A program made the translations under genes and the position numbers. Below, one piece after another: positions 39,727-56,002 of a stretch of DNA of 64,000 bases. This DNA comes from Eledone cirrhosa (lineage: Eukaryota), in contig OZ024740.1 of NCBI GenBank assembly GCA_964016885.1, forward strand, positions 76,880,001-76,944,000, in the 5' to 3' direction. Each line of letters begins with the position of its first letter. Positions within the stretch are counted from its first letter, which is position 1. The notes under the pieces were generated by a model that made no database searches, was not told where the DNA came from, and worked only from the letters and a program-made list of their open reading frames with translations.

Positions 39727-40573
39727 TTTGACCGGGTCATCAATTCAGTCTATTTATATATTTTGATGCCTTCCTCTTTTAGTGAGAATTCTACAATGTA
39801 GCAGGGGCTAGCGGGAGAAAATAGCGGCGGTAGTGATAATGAGGCAGTGGTGGTGGTGGTGGTGGTGGTGCTGTGCTAGCAGCAACTAGCAGGAGGTAGT
39901 GGGAGAGAATAGCAGCGGTAGCGATAATGATGCAGTGGTGGTGGTGATGTGGTCGTATTACTGTAGTGATGGTGTTGAAGTTGGAGTAGAAATTTGAGTC
40001 GACTTGACCAGAGTTTTCATCGTGGTAGTGGCGGTGGTGTTGGTGGTGAAATTATCTTTAGTGAAATTATCGTTAGTCGCGTATATGTGTTGACATATTT
40101 TTCTTAATATTGGAATTAAACATTTTGTTAAAACTAAAACTTGATTTTTATTTTTTATTTTTTTTAATTTTGACCGGGTCATCAATTCAGTCTATTTATA
40201 TATTTTGATGCCTTTCTCTTTTAGTGGGAATTCTACAATGTAGCAGGGGACAGCGGGAGAGAATAGCGGCGGTAGTGATAATGAGGCAGTGGTGGTGGTG
40301 GCGGTGCTGTGCTAGCAGCAACTAGCAGGAGGTAGTGGAAGAGAATAGCAGCGGTAGCGTTAATGAGGCAGTGGTGGTGGTGATCTGGTCGTATTACTGT
40401 ATTAATGGTGTTGAAGTTGGAGTAGAAATTTGAGTCGACTTGACCAGAGTTTTCATCGTGGTAGGGCTGGTGGTGTTGGTGGTGAAATTATCTTTAGTGA
40501 AATTATCCTTAGTCGCGTATATGTGTTGACATATTTTTCTTAGAATTAAACATTTTGTTAAAACTAAAACTTG
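39727..40573. repeat. Tandem duplication, period about 443 bp
   Basis: TTGACCGGGTCATCAATTCAGTC...TTGTTAAAACTAAAACTTGA at 39727-40144 and 40170-40574. Confidence 0.9.
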
Positions 40574-41007
40574 AGGCAATAATAATAGTAATTATTATTA
40601 TTATGCTGAGATTGGTGGTGGTGGTGGTGAAATTGCCGTTATCTGGCTGTTGTGTTTGTGTTTTGTTTAGTGTACACAGGGGGGTGATGGGGTAGGTGGT
40701 GTATCTAGTTTCTGATGTTGGTGAAATTGCTGTTATTTGGCTGTTCTATATAGTGTAGACAGAGGGGGTTTTCTTCCATTTATAACCATTTTCTTTTTTT
40801 GAATATAAAATGTATAAAACAAAATTGAATATTAGAGCGATATAACAATATATTATGGATCCGAAATTTTTTGGGACTCAAGCCGGATATTTTATGTATC
40901 ATTTGTACTAAGAATTCTTATTTCACAATTGATTTAAATATGTTAAAAAATCAAAACTTACGGGAGCGATTTCACGACCTTCTATCCACCATGTGCGTCT
41001 TCTTCCC

Positions 41008-41068
<61 letters not shown>

Positions 41069-41069
<1 letters not shown>

Positions 41070-42670
41070 GAAACTTCCTTTGAATTCTGCTCTTTTTCCA
41101 AATCATGCCGCGTGTCAACCTAACACCTGAGGCAAAATTTGATAATACACACATTTTACAATTAATTGTCATACGAATGATGCTACAAGACCACAAACAC
41201 CAGTAAATGTCTTTGCAAGGTTTTTAAATTGATAATGCCCTTCTCAAAACATGAACAGCGCCAATCAGCACTTTTTTCTGTTTCTCTTGCAGAGATGGCT
41301 TTCACGGTATCCAAATCAAATATTTTTCAGTTCTCTTTTTTTTATCATTCCAAGTGCGCCAACTATTATTGGTATTGTACATGTCTTAAGATGCCACATT
41401 TTCTTAAATTCAATTGATAGATCATTATACTTACTGAGCTTTCCGAACTTTTTCGAGATGATACGAACTCTTTTGATCTGATGGCATGCTCATGTCAATT
41501 AAGAAACATGATTTCTCTTTATGGTCCTTCACAATTATATCAGATCTGTTAACTTTGATTGTTCAGTATTCACAGGAAAATCCCATAGAATTGTCACATT
41601 CTCGGCTCCTGTTAATGTTTCTGGGTGATGGTGGTATCATTTTCCTCCGTTTTCAGACCATAAAACATACACATTACTCAGTGTAAAAATTGCCCCACTC
41701 TGTCATGTTCTTAGCTCTTAGTCCGGATTTTTCAGTCGGGAACATAAGACAACCAATCGACTCCAACTCTCAAAGACGGCAGCAGCTCGTTGACATCCGT
41801 TCTAGATGATGTTGGCGGTTTGTAGTTCGCTTTGCAATGTCCGCCGCCAGGTCATCTTCAGTCGGCCACTTTTCCGCTTGCCTTAGAGAGGAGACCACAT
41901 CATCGCCGTTTTGGATGGGTGATGTGACTCACAAAACGGAACCGGTCTCCATGACGTTCTCCTCCAGTGTACACGACCCTGCTCTCCGCAGGATCTCTTC
42001 GTTCCTAACCCGATCTCGCCAGGTGATCATTAGAATCTTACGCAAGCTCCTTTGATGTAAAGTGTTTAGAAGCCTATCATGACACGTTCTATATTCCTGG
42101 GAAGCTAATAAATTGCAGTCTGAAACCAGGTGGTCAATGGTCCCAACATAATCATCACAGACTCGACATTTTGCGTCAATTCCATTTCTGATCACATTGG
42201 CTTGAAAGGTGAGCTTTGAAAGACAGGTCTTGTGCTGCCAAAATGAAGCCCTAACTCTTTGTCTTTAGTGTCGAAGTCTGCAGCCACTAACGGGTGAGGG
42301 TTTGATCTACATCAGGTTCTTTGCTACGGAGAACATACTGCCCATGCAGTGGGTTTTGGTCCCATTTAGTGCACACACTGTTGCCTTTCATGTTTTGCTA
42401 ACACTTTGATACACTTTGCGGGTTTAATTGCAGATTCGCCATTATTTTCAAAATGTATTCCCAATTCATCCTCAAACTTCCTACATTCCTTTGTGACTGA
42501 ATATAACCTCTTCTTCCTTTCATGATCAGCAACCTTTTTCATCATCCAGTCATCTGTGGTTTTAAGCTACTGATCGAGTCCAATTGTTGATACCATGTAT
42601 GAGATCTCTAGCTGGATCATTCTTCTACCTCAGTTTTATTTAGGGAAATAGAGGCGCTCCACATCTATTT
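41069..42670 (-). pseudogene. Decayed R4/Dong-like retrotransposon 3' part ending in (TAA)n
   Basis: CRVCDDYVGTIDHLVSDC..CHDR, NRSDIIVKD, KLSKYNDLSIE and IPIIVGALG across shifted frames. (TAT)n at 41010-41068. Confidence 0.85.
41712..42065 (-). mobile_element. RTE-clade LINE 3' fragment nested inside the decayed R4 copy
   Basis: HQRSLRKILMITWRDRVRNEEILRRAG is an RTE C-terminal motif; it interrupts the R4 frame immediately after CHDR. Confidence 0.75.
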
Positions 42671-42714
42671 TTTGGGTTAAGTATTTTATTACATACTCAA
42701 TCAACTGGAAAAGA

Positions 42715-42939
42715 TTGAAATTAGCCCATTCGTACAAACCAGGAAGAAAAGGATGTAACTTGTGTCTCACGGAATGTTTATATATTTTAAAATCAAAATT
42801 AATAATTCTCAACAGAAAAAGCGATTTTTTTTATACATGCCCACACAAAGACTTTCAATCTTTCTATTTTAGTAAATTTAAGAAAGCTTACTATCTAAAT
42901 ATTTATCAGTCTTTAACACATATACAAAACTACAATTAA
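42715..42939 (+). pseudogene. Penelope-like GIY-YIG endonuclease C-terminal fragment
   Basis: AHSYKPGRKGCNLCLTE..ILK...LNRKSDFFYTCPH matches the CxLCxxE...LN.R.E....C.H tail of PLE endonucleases. An HHR lies downstream at 43581. Confidence 0.8.
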
Positions 42940-43334
42940 TAATACTACAATTACCCTAAATTCTATTATGAATGAAAAATAACAAAAAAGAGATCTTAAT
43001 ACCCATTTATTTATAATTGAACTTAAGCATAGGTGTATGTGAATGTGTGTGTGTATGCGTGTATCTATATATGCATATTTACGGTGTATTTATACATATA
43101 GGTATATATGTATGTGTGTATGAATGAACCTCCTACAAACATTTTACACATTTACTCATCATTTCACATTCTTTATATAAGGACATATCCCTATTCATTA
43201 TTCTCCTTATTTTATCTGTATTTTTATCTATTTCTCTATTTTTCCTTTCTGTACATTTTTTGTTTTTTTAATATGCTTTTAATATATCTTTTAATACTGT
43301 TATATGTATTTATATGGTTTTTAATAATAATAAT

Positions 43335-43388
<54 letters not shown>

Positions 43389-43447
43389 TATATATAATAT
43401 ATATAAATATAATATATATATATATATAATATATATATATATAATAT

Positions 43448-43509
<62 letters not shown>

Positions 43510-43580
43510 TATATATATAAGTATGTATTATTCCATTCCAATAGTTTGGAATTGAATAATCGAAACCGTAGCGAAACCTC

Positions 43581-43649
43581 ATATATTTTATCTGATGGAA
43601 ACGTACTTAAACACCATTGTATCTTTGAAATATGTATAATAAAATATAT
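43581..43649 (+). ncRNA. Hammerhead motif in the PLE 3' UTR
   Basis: ATATATTTTAT CTGATGG AAA...TTT GAAA TATGTA TA ATAAAATATAT. 11-bp stem I. Confidence 0.65.
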
Positions 43650-43756
43650 ATTTTGGTTATGAGAATATTTTTTATTTATTAATATTTTGAATAATATTAA
43701 ATACTCCAGAAAATATTTGTCGAGTGCTTCTAATATATGTGTGTTTGTGTGTGTGT

Positions 43757-43828
<72 letters not shown>

Positions 43829-43990
43829 TTCTTGATGGTGTGAAATGACTTTTGTATTCTAATTTAATAATTTCTTATAGATTTTCATAAATATATTTCA
43901 CGTAGATATATGAATATATAGAGATATATGTTATGTATTTTTTTTTTAATAGATATATGGCGTATATGTATCTGTTTATAGGCATAGTTA

Positions 43991-44036
<46 letters not shown>

Positions 44037-44487
44037 AAAATGGAACGGGAACAAAACAGAGAGGCAGTACAAACAAAGGTTTATTAGTTTCACGGTCTTG
44101 AGTGTGTGTGTGTGTGGGGGGGGGTGATATATATATATATATCCTTTTTTTAATTCATATATGTGTGTGAGAGTATATATATATATGTACATGTATGAGA
44201 AAGGTTCTAATATATCTACAGGTTAATTGGGAAATTAATATAACCTTTTCCATAAAGATATGCAAGCTACCATTGGTTTTGTTTGTTTTAATTTTATCCA
44301 TAGACGCATTAATATAATTTTGTAAGAATAAAAATCGAAGTGGAAGTGAAAATAAAATTAAAATAAATACATAATTCCAGTCAAATAAGCAGATTCAACT
44401 AAATAAGTCTTTAATCGAAAATCACATACATATATATATTCACACATACATACAAACATACAAACATACAAACATACATACATACAC

Positions 44488-45020
44488 GATGGCTGGCCCC
44501 TCGTTATCGAGTATGGTCATTGCACGATATACTATTATTAATAATTATTAATTAATCCTATCGTGCAATGACTGTGCGTGAAGATATTTTTTAAGTGACG
44601 AAAGACTGTGCACTGAGCCAATTCCACTCTCTAAGCGACAGTAGCTATAACCCGAAAAGAAGAAAAGATCAACATCATCGGTAACTACTGAGCCGCAGGT
44701 TTTATATCGGAGTTATCCCAGTTTCCTGAGTTGCCTTCTCCTAGAAGAATGCTCTGACAAAGGTTAGGGGTCCTTCATTCCCAGTGGTTTAACCGGGCGG
44801 TACATATCAATATACATATTTACACAATTTCGGATGGCCGTTGACTCTTATGAGTTCTTCCGCCCTTTGTCAGGTTTTGTTTTTTGTCCTGCAGGATGTC
44901 GAAAATCACCCTCCTCACCAAGTAAACATGGTGGGGTTGCCGGTTTAGTCGCCGAAGATCCGACCATGCGACAGGTTGTACTGGGTTACATGTTACCAGT
45001 AGCACTCAAGAGTGACCCGA
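44488..45020 (-). mobile_element. Probable RTE-related non-autonomous element
   Basis: GC-rich segment resembling RTE 5' UTRs (GGGTTGCCGGTTTAGTCGCCG; GTTGCCTTCTCCTAG). The end motif GATGGCTGGCCCCTCGTTATCGAGTATGG also occurs inverted at 26033-26075 and, diverged, near 60245-60272. Flanked by (CATA)n. Confidence 0.45.
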
Positions 45021-46175
45021 CATACATACACACACACATACATACATACATTTATATATGCATACATTCATATATACATTCATGCTAACATGCATACTTA
45101 CTTCGTAAATGCTCATTTAAAAAAAAAAGAAAGTGAAAAACAATATATGAATTAATTATGAAAACATGAGACGAATAGTAAACAAGAACAGGTTTTACGA
45201 CATGGGACATAAAGAAAGAGACACTGGTGATAACGATATTATGAATAGAATACGAAAACCTATTTTATTTTAAATATCTCAGCATTATAAAACTGGTAAC
45301 GCTTCCACTACAAGTTTAATTTTAGAACCGGATTAGGAAAATTACTAGGTAATTGTATACATATATTATATATACTAGCAGAAAAGCCGGTGCGGGCGGT
45401 TTTCTGCTAGCATATGTAGTGTGCATATTAATATTAACTGAGAAAATCATACTAACCTTATAAAGAAAATCTTTAGCAAACCCTACGGTAGCCAGTTCCT
45501 TGTTTTAACATACTTTTTCCTGCAACAACAAAAAAAGCACTGATAAATTTATAAACTTGAGTATTTGAAAAAAAAACCCCTTATCCAAGCTTAACTGCCA
45601 GCCTAAAGGGCTCCATTCTTTGAATCATCTCAGCTTCTTTATATTGTCTTATGGTATTAATTATAATTTTAGTTCTGTATTAAAATAAGGCGATGAATAA
45701 GGCGATGAATTATCAGTATCCGTAGAGCGTCCAGCATTGCAGGAGCCCACAGAAGCATTGCGGGGCTCACTGTAGCCCACAGAAGCATTGCAGGGCTCAC
45801 TGTAGCATTTTAGGAGCTAATGCTTTGCTTTAAAAAAAAAACTGAAATCTAAGAAAAAGAATGAAATTAAAAACAAATAATAAAACAATTAATCAAAGCA
45901 TTTGGTCAACGATTTCCCCAGGGAATTACTAGAAACCAAAATATACGATAGTACAATTAGCTGGAATCAGTGGCTGTACGTTCTACTAAATCTAAAGCTT
46001 AGTGTATTCATTCATGCATGACAACATACATATATAGACACAGACACACAAGTATATATATATTTATAATTATATACTTACACACAAACTACTGACCAAA
46101 TAATTGGATCAAATAATATTTGGTATCAATAGGTTAAAGACATCTGTCAAATCAATTAGTTGTGAAGGGAAAGTA

Positions 46176-47828
46176 TGACCCCGACGGCAGAGCTCAAGCC
46201 GTTTCGACGGTTATTTCTGGACTAAATTAGAATTTTTAGCCTGGTGAATAAATAGCCGAACTTGTCAAGGGGGTACCTCCTTATATGGGAAGATTGTAGT
46301 TGTCAAGAGGATTGGTTAACAATTTGTTCTAAACACAAATAAGTCTATCATGGCATTTGGTGGAAGGTAGGGGTGGATGAACTTGCCTGTAGAACAATAG
46401 GGAGGTGAGTGGAGTCGGTCAAGCGTTGAAAGTGCTATGTATACAGCAGATTCTAAGGATAGTGTATGAAATGGAGGAGGGAGGTTATAGAATAGGTAAT
46501 TAAAATCAGAGTAGGAGACAATAAAAGATAATAGAAAAATATAAAAAAAATATATAAAATTAGATAGTGAGAAATGAATAAAAAAATCACAATGCTATCT
46601 TACAAATACAGGTTGATAAGTTGAGAATAGAAAAAAATTGTAGAAATGGAGTAGTAACAAAACTGATACAAAATTAAAGGGGTCTAACACATCTGCTATA
46701 AGTAGTTAGGAAAACGTATTCGGCCAAATCTATCTTAAAATTACAGGGGTGGGGGAACTGATGTTACAGAAGCCCGATGAGCTGCATCGGGGTAGGCGAA
46801 AGGAGAAAAGCAGACGAGGAAGAAAATAGGGGGTAGAAGTAAGTGATAGGATGAGACAGGGGGAAGAAGAAGACATAGAGGAAAAGAAAAGAGATATATA
46901 TACCTATGTAAGCTGGGGTTTCCTCTAACTTATTCGGAAAGGGGGGTATCAGCCCTTGTCTACCCACCTGGGTCATTATGGGGTTTGAGGACGAGGTAAG
47001 TCCTACGCAATCTGTGTTTGCATGCGGTTACCAGTTCGTCTTTCTTGTTTAGGAGTTGGTCCTTCGAAAACAACATTTGTAATATTTCCTCCGAGCATAA
47101 GTTACACGGACGGCGTCCTCCCGTGTAAGAGTTAGCTCTGGACAGTAAGCTCCAAGTGAGATTGTAGGTTATATTAGATAGATTTGGCCGAATACGTTTT
47201 ACCAACTACTTATAGCAGATGTGTTAGACCCCTTTAATTTTGTGTATCAGTTTTGTTACTACTCCATTTCTACAATTTTTTTCTATTTTTAACTCATTAA
47301 CCTGTAATTGTAAGATAGCATTGTTATTTTTTTTATTCATTTCTCACTATCTAATTATATATATTTTTTTAATTTCTTTCTATTATCTTTTATTGTCTCC
47401 CACTGTCATTCGAATTACCTATTCTATAACCTCCCTCCTCCATTTCATACACTATCCTTAGAATCTGCTGTATACATATCACTTTCAACGCTTGACCGCT
47501 CCACTCACTCCCCTATTGTTCTACAGGCAAGTTCAGCCACCCCTACCTCCCACCAAATGCCATGATAGACTTATTTGTGTTTACAACAAATTTTTAACCA
47601 ATCCTATTGACAACTACAATCTTCCCATATAAGGAAGTACCCGCTTGACAAGTTCGGCTATTTATTCACCAGGCTAAAAATGTTAATTTAGTCCAGAAAT
47701 AGCCGTCGAAACGGCTTGAGCTCTGCCGTCAGGGTCATAATTTTTTCTATTTCCCACTCTACTACCCTAAGTATTGAGTACTCTGGTACGTTATGGTCCA
47801 TCTGGTTTATTACCACAAATCCTTTGTT
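46176..47828. mobile_element. Penelope-like element: endonuclease tail plus 3' UTR (minus strand) joined to an inverted 3' UTR copy with tail (plus strand)
   Basis: 46176-46735 is the reverse complement of about 47176-47740. GIY-YIG C-terminus at 46960-47175. The tail ends in (TA)n. Confidence 0.88.
46960..47175 (-). pseudogene. Penelope-like GIY-YIG endonuclease C-terminal fragment
   Basis: YNLTWSLLSRANSYTGGRRPCNLCSEE...LLNKKDELVTACKHR. Confidence 0.85.
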
Positions 47829-48076
47829 ATATATATATATATATATATAGCTTGAAATGGAATGAGAATAAGAAGAAAGTTTTCTACTGGGGATCTCGGA
47901 TATTTCAACGTTGAAATATTCGAGAGCCTCAGTAGAAAACTGTTGGGAACCCCCCCCCCCCCCCCCCCCCCCAACCGTTCTTGCTTTCTTCTTATTCTCA
48001 ATCCATTTTAAGCTACCTTAATTACCAACTACACAGCTAATCCTATTCTCCGTATATTTTATATATATATATATGT

Positions 48077-48235
48077 ATAGTAATCCCCCGCTATATCGCG
48101 GTTCATTTTTGGGGGTCCTGCTACATCGCGGATTTTTTTCTTTGGAACGTATCTAATTTCCTATCGCGGTAATACTCGCTATATCGCGGATTTTTCGTTA
48201 GGACATATCTATTTTCTTATCGCGATACGTCTGAA
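48077..48235 (+). mobile_element. Tigger/pogo-like MITE left end
   Basis: TA-TAGTAATCCCCCGCTATATCGCGG with repeated CTATATCGCGGATTTTT subterminal motifs. No right end was found. Confidence 0.55.
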
Positions 48236-48532
48236 TAAAAACTGTTTCAATTTTAAACTTATTAAAGAAATTTCAATGTGATTGAAGTGTATAACGTAAG
48301 GAAGTGGCATCTTAAGGCTTTCTCTATAAAGAAATATTTATATTTTTCATTCCATTACTCTTTTACTGATTGTATTTTTCTCTAATCTACTAGAAACTCT
48401 TTTTAGATTGACGGGAGATGTGCAGGGTATAACTAAACGGCTGATGTGGCTGACGATGGTCGTCATTGGGAACTAGTGGTACGATGGTTGGTGGTAGTTT
48501 CTATACCATCGTTACTGGGTGTTTTGGGTATT

Positions 48533-51250
<2,718 letters not shown>

Positions 51251-51254
51251 TATT

Positions 51255-51418
51255 GGATCGGACGCCATGCTTTAACGCAAAGAGTTATAGCCCTTTCCAT
51301 TCTGAGTTCAAATCCCGCCGAGGTTAACTTTGACTTTTATTCTTACGGGGTCGATAAAATAAAGTACCAGTAATACACTGGGTATTTGCTGGCCTTGTGC
51401 CAAAAGTAGAAGCAATTA
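51255..51418 (+). mobile_element. Deu/Nin-type SINE
   Basis: CTGAGTTCAAATCCCGCCGAGGTTAACTTTG...GGGGTCGATAAAATAAAGTACCAG...GGCCTTGTGCC. Confidence 0.85.
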
Positions 51419-51435
51419 TATATACATATATATAC

Positions 51436-51522
<87 letters not shown>

Positions 51523-51555
51523 ACATATATATAAATAATTACAACAGTGACTTAA

Positions 51556-51605
51556 ACAGGTACTCAAGTTTCGTTGGGTTCTGGGCCCCAATTTCTTCAG
51601 CCTGT
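51556..51605 (-). ncRNA. Hammerhead (mirror copy)
   Basis: Reverse complement of 51661-51710. Confidence 0.75.
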
Positions 51606-51660
51606 CATGAGAAGAATGGAAAACAAAGATGGGCCATCTTTGTTTTCCATTTCTCTAATG

Positions 51661-51710
51661 ACAGGCTGAAGAAATTGGGGCCCAGAACCCAACGAAACTT
51701 GAGTACCTGT
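51661..51710 (+). ncRNA. Minimal type I hammerhead
   Basis: ACAGG CTGAAGA AA TTGGG GCCCAGAA CCCAA C GAAAC TTGA GTA CCTGT. Confidence 0.8.
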
Positions 51711-51799
51711 TTAAGTCACTGTTGTAATTATTTATACTAAACTCGTCGTATGGACTGAGTGCCCTTACTCTTGGATATTTCCATTTAACTTTCATTTCA

Positions 51800-51839
<40 letters not shown>

Positions 51840-51842
<3 letters not shown>

Positions 51843-54289
51843 GGTGTTCCAGAATCCCACATTTTACACAAAAGTGGTTTTTTCTTAGCTCCCTATACAT
51901 TTTCTCATGCCATTCTGTATATTATCAATTTATAATGTAATTTTGATTATTTCAGACTAATTTAAGCCTTGCCTAATAGTTGCAAATTGGCAGAATAATG
52001 GCGGAAACCAGTGGGCCTAGTTGTAGCTACTCACTCCGTTGTGATGATCGAGACATATGGCTCCTGGGGCAATATGTTACATCCTTTTCACCAAACAAAA
52101 TACCAACAAAGGGGGATGTTCTAAGATATTTCTTCTACCTGAAAGATGGTCCTATGAACACGAAAAGCATGTGAGCTTCAATGGTGCTATTGCGGATAGG
52201 CTTGTTATGGAAGTAGTTAGTCTGTGGGGAAAAAGCTGGTGTGGCGACTCAACGAAAAGCAAAGTGAAACTGAAAATTATGAACAGTGAATACAGAAATT
52301 TACAAAAAAACAAAAGTTCTAAGTCAAACAAAGAAAAGGAAGCACTATTTATTTCTAAATTGGATTCGTATTTCTACATTGCACATACTGATGCTGAAAA
52401 GAAAATGTTGAAAGATTGTCTTCGTAATAATGAACAGAAAATGGAAGATGCTACATTTCTCGAAGCCCTGCGTTGCCAGAAAAAAGTATCTCTGGGTGCT
52501 GAAGACAAGGGTTACCAGAAAAAGGTATCTTCAAAGTTTAAGCGTGGTCAGGTTTCTGTGGCTCGTCGCGAGTCAGAGAACCATAGAAAGCGTTTGTTAG
52601 GATCTGTAGCAGCACAACTTCTAATGAAGTGATTCAAGTTCAACCAATGATGAAACTGAAGAAGAACAGGATCCTGAATTTCAGGCCTCAAACCCACCCA
52701 GAGACAGCTCAAAGTCAGACAAGAAACGAAAAATCCAGCTGGAACTCCCAAAGAATCCATTTCAAAGTCCAAAAATTTCCCTAATGGCTGATCGTTTAAA
52801 CCTGACACTGGGCCAGAGAACAGCATTTATAGCATCGATTATTTCTGAGGGTGGGACTGACAAGATGCCACAACTCTCTCCAAGAATAGTAGCAGACGTG
52901 CAGCTAAGAAGATCAGAATTGTGGGGGCTGAACACATAAAGGAACAATTTGCTGTACCAGACTTTGTTACCTTGCATTGGGATGGCAAAATAATTCCTGG
53001 TGACCACGAGAGGCTAGGTGTGCTAGATACTGGAACTCCAGACTTCAGAGAAGGTAACTTCCTCGGCACTGGAACCACCCAAGCCAAAGCATCATTTGAT
53101 CTTGTTAAAGATTGGAATGTTTATTGGTCTGTGGTGGGCTTGGTCTTCGACACAATTGTTTCGAATTCTGGATGGAAAAATGGTCCCTGCGTGAAACTAG
53201 AAGAGATACTCAACAAAAAGGTGTTTTATTTTGATTGCCGGCAGCATGTCATGGAGCGTATCTTGTGTGCGGTGTGGCAACAACTATTCGGAGCAATGTC
53301 CAGTCCAGACACCCCAGAGTTCAAGGAGTTAAAAAAAAGATTGGGTGTCACTCGTGGACAAGACCAACTTTAAAACATTGAACATTGTCGACCGGAGACT
53401 CAAGCGTATGTGTTGTGAGAACATCAAGTTCCTCCAAGATTTGCTGACATCCGACGATGGGAAAATGATTTCTCTTCCACGGGACGGCTACCGAGAATGT
53501 ACCGAGTTGATGTTGATCTTTCTTGGTGTCACCCCTCCTCGTGGAATACATTGGATGCTGCCTGGTGCACATCATAACGCTCGGTGGATGTCCACAATCA
53601 TCTATAGTGCAAAGATGTATGCATTTGGTGAGCGACTCAATTACGATCAAGCTAAAATGGAAAAGTTGCGCCGGATCTGTATGTTCAATGTTCTGCTCTA
53701 CGTGCGATACTGGTTGACAGCAGTCAAGTGTGCTGATGCACCATCCAATGACCTTCAATTCTACGTGGAGTTGACACAGTACAGTAAGGTTGACATAGAT
53801 CTCCCGCAGGCAGCCACTACTGCTCTGAGCAGGCATCTTTGGTACCTAACGGAGGAAGCCATTCTGCTAGCGCTGTTTTCAAGTCGGGTCCAAGAGTCCA
53901 AGAAGAAACAAATAGCCCGACGTCTTGTCAAAACGAAAACGTCTGGGCCTCTCGACTGCCGTGCTCCAGTATTTCCCGAGTTGAAGTCGTCCACGAAGCT
54001 GCTTTATCTAGTTGGGAAGAAATCAAGGCTTCTGTTCGATCTCCTTGGTCTCGATGATACTTGGCTTGAACTGTCACCTGCAGCTTGGTCATCACAAGCG
54101 TCATATCAAAATGTCTCTGCTGTTGTTCACAATATCAAGGTAGTCAACGATCTGGCGGAGAGAGCAGTCAAGTTGATAACTGATTTTGTTGCCATCACCA
54201 AGAATGAGGAGGGGAAGCAGTGTGTTCTTCAAGTAGTCGAAGCTCATCGTCGCAAGGTCCCGGATTTCAAAAAAGAAACTGGACTATGA
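51840..54289 (+). mobile_element. hATm-like DNA transposon with frameshifted transposase; right end lost
   Basis: Left end TAGGGTGTTCC and ATG at 51998. Motifs LHWDGK, FDT..SNSG, CRQHVME, RDGYRE, PGAHHNARWM, RHLWYLTEE and VVNDLAERAVKL across at least four frames. Confidence 0.82.
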
Positions 54290-54319
54290 CATAGTCCAGA
54301 AATAGCCGTCGAAACGGCT

Positions 54320-54452
<133 letters not shown>

Positions 54453-54453
54453 A

Positions 54454-54544
<91 letters not shown>

Positions 54545-54571
54545 GTATATATGTATATGTATTTATATGTA

Positions 54572-54616
<45 letters not shown>

Positions 54617-54633
54617 GTATTTATATATATATA

Positions 54634-54785
54634 GGAATGAGTAGGACCCCGACGGCTGAGCTCAAGCCGTTTCGACAGCTAATTCTGGGGTCCTACTCAT
54701 TCCTCTTACCCACTCTACTACCCTAAGTATTGAGTACTTTGGTGCGTTATGGTCCACCTGGTTCCTTACCACATTTCCTCCGTTA
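54634..54785 (+). mobile_element. Penelope-like 3' end with short fold-back
   Basis: GGAATGAGTAGGACCCC...GGGGTCCTACTCATTCC hairpin followed by the family tail, embedded in (TA)n. Confidence 0.75.
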
Positions 54786-55292
54786 TATATATATATATAT
54801 ATAGTCTTTTACAATTAATTGTAAAAGACTATTTGAGTTTATAACTCTATATATAATATTCTCGGCTCCATACGTGAGCTAATTTTTAGTCCCATAAAAC
54901 CGGGTGCTATTTTTAGCGGCACGAGTATGGGACGTGCTAGGCGCTGCGACACATGTGCGTTTAACAACACATTTCTCTCAGTCTTGTTAAGTATTTTGAA
55001 GTGAAACTTACCAATTTCTGGATACCTGCAGAAGAGCACATGAATAGGAACTTTCATTTAATTGTTGCGAAACAAATTTAAAATTTAAAATTTAAAATTT
55101 GTCCAGGTATCACGGCTATTGCCAATGTAGGTTTGTTTTTATTGATTTATTATTTTAAATCGAGACAGGCAAACCGTATTATTTTGATTAGTATTTTTCA
55201 ATCTAGCTAACTTGGTAATTTGCAATGCGAACACATGTACACTTGTATCAGTGTTTATCCCTATCATATATTCATTTGTATATATATATATT

Positions 55293-55351
<59 letters not shown>

Positions 55352-55716
55352 GAAAAGTATAGAAATTATTGTAGCAAGAAGCCAACAGTATTCCATAATA
55401 TATAAGTGACTATAGCATCAAAATCGGAAAATAGTTAACGTAAGATGTGGGAAAAATAATTCAAACTCAATTCAAAGAGAATCAGGATATAGATTCATCC
55501 AACAGAATTTAGTGAAATCCAAGGAAAAATCAATAGAGCCTTAACTCATGATAAAATAAAGTTTAAAATACTCATCCTTCAATTTGGAAAAACTACAAAT
55601 GCTCTGTATAGTCTTGAAAAGACTATTTCACGAAAACTTTCAATGGGGATGGTCACGGTTTGAATTCGATCCTCAGCAGAGCTCAACACGATAGCCAATC
55701 AGTGTTGCATCATATA

Positions 55717-55847
<131 letters not shown>

Positions 55848-55938
55848 TATATATATATATATGTAAAGATTCAGGATCCCGACGGCTGAGCTCCGACCGT
55901 TTCGACAGCTAGATCCAAACGTTCGGATCTAGCTGTCA

Positions 55939-56002
<64 letters not shown>

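Larger units (their letters stand above)
51530..51800. mobile_element. Zero-spacer palindrome (about 100-bp arms) with divergent hammerheads plus tail
   Basis: 51530-51631 is the reverse complement of about 51633-51736, centred on AAAGATGGGCCATCTTT. Related sequence at 56222-57117. Confidence 0.85.
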
